Part shown: positions 58,811 through 64,000 of the stretch, piece by piece
How the letters are laid out: every line of letters starts with the position of its first letter
Numbering within the stretch: the first letter of the stretch is position 1
Assembly: GCA_036675815.1 (NCBI GenBank)
Contig: JAKFEE010000021.1
Location: 278,328 to 342,327 of the forward strand
Direction of reading: 5' to 3'
Source: Rhodospirillaceae bacterium
Lineage (GTDB): Bacteria > Pseudomonadota > Alphaproteobacteria > Rhodospirillales > Magnetospirillaceae
Length of the DNA: 64,000 bases
Made by a program: the position numbers and the translations under genes
The notes under the pieces: model-generated
Told to the model about the DNA's origin: nothing
The model's database searches: none
Seen by the model: only the letters and a program-made list of their open reading frames with translations

Positions 58811-61465
58811 ATGCAAACTGCCAACCAGATCCGCGCCACCTTCCTCGACTTCTTCGCCAGGAACGGCCACGCCGTCGTCGAGTCGAGCCCGCTGGTGCCG
58901 CGCAACGATCCGACGTTGATGTTCACCAACGCCGGCATGGTGCAGTTCAAGAACGTCTTCACCGGCGCCGAGAAACGCGACTACGTGCGCGCCGCCTCGT
59001 CGCAGAAATGCGTACGCGCCGGCGGCAAGCACAATGACCTCGACAATGTCGGCTATACCGCGCGCCATCACACCTTCTTCGAGATGCTGGGCAATTTCTC
59101 GTTCGGCGACTACTTCAAGGAAGGCGCCATCGAGCTGGCCTGGAACCTGATCACCAAGGAATACGGCCTGGCCAAAGACCGGCTGCTGGTCACGGTCTAT
59201 TCCGAGGACGACGAAGCCCACGCCCTGTGGAAGAAGATCGCCGGCCTCGGCGACGACCGCATCATCCGCATCGCCACCTCCGACAATTTCTGGGCGATGG
59301 GCGACACCGGCCCGTGCGGCCCCTGTTCCGAGATCTTCTACGACCACGGCGAGCATATTGCCGGCGGCCCGCCCGGCTCGCCCGACCAGGATGGCGACCG
59401 TTTCATCGAGATCTGGAATCTCGTGTTCATGCAGTACGAGCAGGTGGACAAGGACAACCGCCTCGATCTGCCGCGCCCGTCGATCGACACCGGCATGGGC
59501 CTCGAACGCCTTGCCGCCGTGCTGCAGGGCAAGCACGACAACTACGACGTCGACATGCTGCGCGCCCTGATCACGGCCTCGGCCGAGGCCTCCAAGCAGG
59601 AGGCCGATGGCGCCCATCGCGTCTCGCACCGCGTCATCGCCGACCATCTGCGCTCGAGCTCGTTTCTCATCGCCGACGGCGTGCTGCCGTCGAACGAGGG
59701 CCGCGGCTACGTCCTGCGCCGCATCATGCGCCGCGCCATGCGCCACGCCCAGTTGATGGGCTGCCAGGAGCCGCTGATGTGGAAGCTGGTGCCGGCGCTG
59801 GTCAAGCAGATGGGCGAGGCCTATCCCGAGCTGGTGCGCGCCCAGCCGCTGATCGCCGAGACGCTGAAGCTCGAGGAAACCCGCTTCAAGCAGACGCTCG
59901 ACCGCGGCCTCAAGTTGCTCGACGAGGAGACCGCCACCCTGCCGGCTGGCGGCACGCTGTCGGGCGAGGTCGCCTTCCGCCTTTACGACACTTTCGGCTT
60001 CCCGCTCGATCTCACCCAGGACGCGCTGCGCGGCAAGGGCCTCTCCGTCGACGTCGCCGGGTTCAACACCGCCATGGAGCGCCAGCGCGCCGAGGCGCGC
60101 AAGGCCTGGGCCGGCTCGGGCGAGGCCGCCACCGAGGCGCTGTGGTTCGACCTGCGCGATCGCCTCGGCGCCACCGAGTTCCTCGGCTATGACGCCGACG
60201 CGGCGGAGGCCAAGGTCCTCGCCATCATCGCCGGCGGCAAGGAAGTGGCCGAGGCCAAGGATGGCGCGGAGGTGGCGATCATCACCAACCAGACGCCGTT
60301 CTACGGCGAGTCCGGCGGCCAGATGGGCGACAGCGGTATCATCGCGGTCGCCGGCAAGGGTCGTGTGGCGGTGAGCGACACCCAGCGCAAGCTGGGCGCC
60401 CTGTTCGTCCACTACGGCAAGGTCGAAGGCACCATCGCGGTGGGCGACGACGCCCATCTGGCGGTCGATGTCGCACAACGCGACGCCACCCGCGGCCACC
60501 ATTCGGCCACGCACCTGCTGCACGCCGCCCTGCGCAAGTTCCTCGGCCCGCATGTGACGCAGAAAGGCTCGCTGGTGTCGCACGAGCGCCTGCGCTTCGA
60601 CTTCAGCCATCCCAAGGGGCTGACGCCCGAGGACCTGCGCCAGGTCGAGGACGAGGTCAACCGGCAGGTCCGCCGCAACCGCAGCGTCGGCACCAAGCTG
60701 ATGACGCCCGAGGCGGCGATCGAGGCCGGAGCCATGGCGCTGTTCGGCGAGAAATACGGCGAGGAGGTGCGCGTCGTCTCCATGGGCGGCGACGACGCCG
60801 GCCAGCACTTCTCGGTCGAGCTGTGCGGCGGCACTCATGTGCGGCGCACCGGCGACATCGGCCTGTTCAAGATCGTCGGCGAAAGCGCCGTCGCCGCCGG
60901 CGTCCGCCGCATCGAGGCCCTGACCGGCGCCGCCGCGGAGGCTTGGGTGCGCGCCCAGGAGGAAACCCTGGCGCGGGTGGCCGAGACGCTGAAGGCCAGC
61001 CCGGCCGAGGTCGCCGGGCGCATCGTCAACCTGCTCGACGAGCGCAAGCGGCTGGAGCGCGAATTGGCGGACGTGCGCCGCCAAATGGCCACCGGCGGCG
61101 GCGCCGCCACCGCCAACAAGACCGTCGCCGGCGTCACCTTCGCCGGGCGCCTGTTGGAGAATGTCCCGGCCAAGGACCTCAAGGGCATGGCCGACGACAT
61201 CAAGAAACAGATCGGCTCGGGCGTGGTCGCCCTGGTGTCGACCGAGGGCGGCAAGGCGTCGCTGGTCGTCGCCGTGACCGAGGACGTCAGCGGCCGCGTC
61301 AACGCCGTCGACCTGGTGCGCGCCGGCTCCGAGGCGGTGGGTGGCAAGGGCGGCGGCGGACGCCCCGACATGGCCCAGGCCGGCGGCCCCGACGCCGAGC
61401 GCGCCCCCGAGGCCCTGGCCGCCATCGAGGCCGCCATCGCCAAGCTGGCCGCGGCGGCCGAGTAG
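58811..61465 (+). CDS. alaS: alanine--tRNA ligase
   Basis: [39 protein letters not shown]..; editing-domain HxxxH..CGGTH; about 884 aa. Internal ATG 58811. Confidence 0.95.
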   Translation: MQTANQIRATFLDFFARNGHAVVESSPLVPRNDPTLMFTNAGMVQFKNVFTGAEKRDYVRAASSQKCVRAGGKHNDLDNVGYTARHHTFFEMLGNFSFGDYFKEGAIELAWNLITKEYGLAKDRLLVTVYSEDDEAHALWKKIAGLGDDRIIRIATSDNFWAMGDTGPCGPCSEIFYDHGEHIAGGPPGSPDQDGDRFIEIWNLVFMQYEQVDKDNRLDLPRPSIDTGMGLERLAAVLQGKHDNYDVDMLRALITASAEASKQEADGAHRVSHRVIADHLRSSSFLIADGVLPSNEGRGYVLRRIMRRAMRHAQLMGCQEPLMWKLVPALVKQMGEAYPELVRAQPLIAETLKLEETRFKQTLDRGLKLLDEETATLPAGGTLSGEVAFRLYDTFGFPLDLTQDALRGKGLSVDVAGFNTAMERQRAEARKAWAGSGEAATEALWFDLRDRLGATEFLGYDADAAEAKVLAIIAGGKEVAEAKDGAEVAIITNQTPFYGESGGQMGDSGIIAVAGKGRVAVSDTQRKLGALFVHYGKVEGTIAVGDDAHLAVDVAQRDATRGHHSATHLLHAALRKFLGPHVTQKGSLVSHERLRFDFSHPKGLTPEDLRQVEDEVNRQVRRNRSVGTKLMTPEAAIEAGAMALFGEKYGEEVRVVSMGGDDAGQHFSVELCGGTHVRRTGDIGLFKIVGESAVAAGVRRIEALTGAAAEAWVRAQEETLARVAETLKASPAEVAGRIVNLLDERKRLERELADVRRQMATGGGAATANKTVAGVTFAGRLLENVPAKDLKGMADDIKKQIGSGVVALVSTEGGKASLVVAVTEDVSGRVNAVDLVRAGSEAVGGKGGGGRPDMAQAGGPDAERAPEALAAIEAAIAKLAAAAE

Positions 61466-61469
61466 TTGT

Positions 61470-61487
61470 GCGGAGCTGGAGCTCCGC
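61470..61487. repeat. single REP unit immediately after the alaS stop
   Basis: gcggagctggagctccgc, an exact core whose 3' flank (att) differs from the other GG-form copies. Confidence 0.8.
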
Positions 61488-61495
61488 ATTATCTC

Positions 61496-61520
61496 CTAGA
61501 GCGGTTCCGGGATAGGATGA
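61496..61520. repeat. left copy of the inverted repeat bracketing the lower-GC islet (ctagagcggttccgggataggatga)
   Basis: The reverse complement of 63106-63132 is ctagagcggtttcggattagggggaat. The first 11 nt are identical, with about 20 of 24 matching if two 1-nt gaps are allowed. Confidence 0.55.
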
Positions 61521-61664
61521 GTCGAAAGCGGGCCGAAAGCTGATTCAAGCTGAGTGCTGGGATCAGGAGGCCAGCACTGGCGCGGCCGTATTCAGAGAAC
61601 TTTCGGGAACGGATTGTTTGGGCGGTGGGATCGGGCAAGTCCCGCAATGCCGTCCTGCTGTGTA

Positions 61665-62867
61665 TCAGCGGGCCTGCACCGGGGTATATTTCTCGCCCTT
61701 CTCCTGGCAATGGGCTCGGACACGAGCCAGCCAGGAATTATGCCATACCCACGTGCCCTGGTAATCGCCGGGGCGTCCAAAGCCTGCCGCGGGCCCCTTT
61801 GCCTTCAGGGCTTTCCACAGCTTGGTATGATGGTGCTGGTTAAAGCGGGGGAAGCCTTCCGCTCTCATCATATCGACAATCTGCCCCGAGGTGTACCGGG
61901 GCTTGTCCACCTCTTTGAGCAGCACCCTGTTGATTTCTACCGCCTCCTTGGAGCCCGGCCGGACGAACTCGATGGCGAGGTCGGCGGCAGAGGCGCGCCC
62001 AGCCATCTTCGGGACGAAGGCGACTCGGTATGCGAAACAGGGATCAGCAATCTGCTTGGGCGTCAGGCCGTGGTGCAGGGCCTCCATCATTGTCTCGATG
62101 TGTGGAGGCAGGGCAGATGCCTTCTTGAGTGCCGCTCGCTGGTCGGAGCTGAAGGTGACGAACTGAAGCGCTATCGGGAGCCGCCGTTCGAGACCGTATG
62201 GTGAACCGAAAAGCTGCTTGATGGCGTCGTTGAAGTTAATGCAGCACGCCTGGAGCTTTGCGCTCACCGCATCGTCTATTCGGCTGGTGGAGCGGTGTTC
62301 TATCTCGTGACGAAGCTCCAGGAGAAAATCGAGATTCGTGACTGCTCCGGCCGGAAGCGGGCAGCGAGCGTGACGAAGGCACTTCCCCAGTTCCCAGTAC
62401 ATGTCCTGGCCGTGCTTAGTCTGCTTCACGGTTCCGTCCGGGTTCGTGTACCTGTAGTCGATACGCTCGCGGCGGAACCATGCATGCAGGAGGTAAGTCC
62501 AGGCGATGATGCTGGTGACGATGAACAACTCGGCGCGGAAGGTCAGGCCTGCGCCATTGAAGATGTGGACCGCAGCAATCATCGCCTCCCGCGCTTTGAT
62601 GAGCAATTCGTCGCCGCGAAGGCTGAGGCCGGTCTGCGGGTCCACGTCAGGCCAATTTGCGAGGAAATCCTCCAGCTGCTCTTGTGTGGCGGGCTTTACC
62701 GCGGCGTGCTTCTTGCCGGTCCGAATCTCCGCAATCACTCTGTGGTTCACGGACCTTGTGGGGCGGGTGAAATACGCAAGGATGTTTTGGTCATTGCCGC
62801 CTTGCGCCAGCATCGCTTTGACCAAAGCTATTTCCCATCTCTGAAGAGGCGTGCCGAGCCGAGCCAT
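61665..62867 (-). CDS. orphan ~400-aa protein: N-terminal HTH-like region, central helical domain with an Rx4H (HEPN-like) motif; possibly DUF3644-like; putative abortive-infection/defence-type protein
   Basis: The only credible ORF in the lower-GC (~58% by eye) segment. ATG 62867 (the track start at 62906 is TTG). ..AREAMIAAVHIFNG..FRAELFIVTSIIAWTYLLHAW.. and ..FLLELRHEIEHRS.. (R199-x4-H204, nt 62295-62312). No transposase or integrase motifs seen. Confidence 0.6.
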   Translation of the reverse strand: MARLGTPLQRWEIALVKAMLAQGGNDQNILAYFTRPTRSVNHRVIAEIRTGKKHAAVKPATQEQLEDFLANWPDVDPQTGLSLRGDELLIKAREAMIAAVHIFNGAGLTFRAELFIVTSIIAWTYLLHAWFRRERIDYRYTNPDGTVKQTKHGQDMYWELGKCLRHARCPLPAGAVTNLDFLLELRHEIEHRSTSRIDDAVSAKLQACCINFNDAIKQLFGSPYGLERRLPIALQFVTFSSDQRAALKKASALPPHIETMMEALHHGLTPKQIADPCFAYRVAFVPKMAGRASAADLAIEFVRPGSKEAVEINRVLLKEVDKPRYTSGQIVDMMRAEGFPRFNQHHHTKLWKALKAKGPAAGFGRPGDYQGTWVWHNSWLARVRAHCQEKGEKYTPVQAR

Positions 62868-63105
62868 GGCCGTGTCCGCGCAAGTTGCTAGTCTGTTGTA
62901 CTGCAACCTTGCAAAGGTGCCGAGTACGTAATTAACTTGCAGAGCGTGCGGTTCTTCCCCGGCAAGTCAGTCGGCGGGCGCCTCGGCCATCGACCTGCTC
63001 CCCTTCTTTCTGCCGGTCAGAAGTGGAGCCTCATCATTGCCATCGGCGTCGCCCTGGATGACTTCTCTGAGCTCGAATGCGCCAACCACTTCAGAAATGC
63101 AGGCT

Positions 63106-63132
63106 ATTCCCCCTAATCCGAAACCGCTCTAG
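63106..63132. repeat. right copy of the inverted repeat bracketing the islet (attccccctaatccgaaaccgctctag)
   Basis: See 61496. The outer end overlaps the gltD2 stop codon (cta at 63129-63131). Confidence 0.55.
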
Positions 63133-64000
63133 CGGGGCAGCTCGCTGCTGCCCATCAGGAATTCGTCGACGGCGCGGGCGCACTGGCGGCCTTCGCGGAT
63201 CGCCCACACCACCAGCGACTGGCCACGGCGCATGTCGCCGCAGGCGAAGACCTTGTCGCGGCTGCTGCGATAGTCGTCGGTGTCGGCCCTGACGTTGCCG
63301 CGCACGTCGCGCGCGACGTCCAGGGCGTCGATCATGCCCTCGTGCACGGGATGCACGAAGCCCATGGCCAGCAGCACCAGATCGGCCTTCAGTTCGAAAT
63401 CGGTGCCGGGAACCGGCTGGAAGCGACCGTCGACCTTCACGCAATCCAGCGCCGCGACACGGCCGCCCTCGCCCTTGAAGGCCCGCGTGGTCACGCTCCA
63501 CCTACGCTCGCAACCCTCGTCGTGCGAGGTCGAGGTGCGCAGCTTGTGCGGCCACAGCGGCCAGGTCGTGCCCTTGTCCTCGCGCACCGGCGGTTTCGGC
63601 ATGATCTCGATCTGCGTCACCGACGCCGCCCCCTGGCGGATCGAGGTGCCGACGCAGTCGGCGCCGGTGTCGCCGCCGCCGATGACGACGACGTGCTTGC
63701 CGGTGGCGAGGATGTCGTCGCCCGCGATCGCCTCGCCGGCGCGGCGGCGATTCTGCTGGGTCAGGAAATCCATGGCGAAGTGCACGCCGGCCAACTCGCG
63801 GCCCGGCACCGGCAGGTCGCGCGGCTTCTCCGACCCGCCCGACAGGACCACGGCGTCATGTTCGGCCATCAGACGCTCGACCGGAAGATCGGCACCGACG
63901 GCGCAATTGGTGCGCAGCTCGACGCCCTCCGCCACCATCTGGGCGACGCGGCGGTCGATGTAGCTCTTCTCCAGCTTGAAATCGGGGATGCCGTAGCGCA
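63129..64000 (-). CDS. glutamate synthase small-subunit-like NAD(P)H-dependent oxidoreductase, second GltD paralog (N-terminus outside the window)
   Basis: The frame is open to nt 64000 (..[28 protein letters not shown]..); [16 protein letters not shown]; ..[31 protein letters not shown]. Confidence 0.88.
   Translation of the reverse strand, partial: RYGIPDFKLEKSYIDRRVAQMVAEGVELRTNCAVGADLPVERLMAEHDAVVLSGGSEKPRDLPVPGRELAGVHFAMDFLTQQNRRRAGEAIAGDDILATGKHVVVIGGGDTGADCVGTSIRQGAASVTQIEIMPKPPVREDKGTTWPLWPHKLRTSTSHDEGCERRWSVTTRAFKGEGGRVAALDCVKVDGRFQPVPGTDFELKADLVLLAMGFVHPVHEGMIDALDVARDVRGNVRADTDDYRSSRDKVFACGDMRRGQSLVVWAIREGRQCARAVDEFLMGSSELPR

Noticed and set aside
62868-63105. 40-codon GTG-initiated acidic ORF (VVGAFELREVIQGDADGNDEAPLL...) upstream of the HEPN-like gene, considered as a possible antitoxin or partner.
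   Set aside because: It has no RBS, a non-ATG start and modest codon bias, and is too short to evaluate by eye. It needs conservation or Ribo-seq evidence.
61488-63140. Target-site duplications flanking the islet's inverted repeats, and any DDE, serine or tyrosine recombinase motif in the islet ORF.
   Set aside because: The sequences immediately outside the repeats (attatctc versus cggggcag) do not match. I recognise no transposase or integrase catalytic motif, so I do not call the islet an insertion sequence.

Overview
High-GC (~67% by eye) chromosomal segment that looks alphaproteobacterial, probably Rhodospirillales-like (gltD-gltB order, a kdsD-lptCAB-rpoN-ptsN block, CtrA/CckA and GAAC-N7-GAAC SOS signatures). 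This taxon guess is an inference. Most of the window is densely packed housekeeping genes. In order: metXW; gloB; a lower-GC sdhBCD module with no sdhA; a contiguous queA-tgt-queF-queG queuosine cluster; a PHA cluster (phaR, class-III-like phaC, phaA, phaB); argB-engB-yidC-yidD-rnpA-rpmH; coq7; glutamate synthase gltD-gltB; tRNA-Leu; kdsD-lptC-lptA-lptB-rpoN-ptsN; leuB. These are followed by a GntR / opine-dehydrogenase-like / 3-hydroxyacyl-CoA-dehydrogenase-like / TRAP transporter cluster next to tRNA-Ala; folD; a flagellar export and rod cluster (fliPO, flgBC, fliEQR, flhB); a CckA-like hybrid kinase; recA; alaS; and a second gltD paralog cut by the window end. Accessory content: (1) a REP-associated tyrosine transposase (RAYT) between recA and alaS, with at least 7 copies of an 18-nt palindromic REP hairpin at three loci; (2) a second hairpin-pair / MITE-like repeat family at three intergenic loci; (3) a ~1.6 kb lower-GC islet between alaS and gltD2, bracketed by ~25-nt imperfect inverted repeats, carrying one ~400-aa orphan ORF with an Rx4H (HEPN-like) motif. 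That islet is my best candidate for an undescribed, defence-like element. (4) A decayed region at 47.9-48.8 kb with small ORFs and a frameshifted gene remnant. I saw no rRNA, CRISPR array, integrase or classical IS transposase. Many long ORFs in the supplied track are antisense or off-frame shadows typical of high-GC DNA and were not called. The track renders alternative starts (GTG/TTG) as M, so several starts were re-placed at internal ATG/GTG codons. All family assignments come from motif recognition by eye, not from searches.
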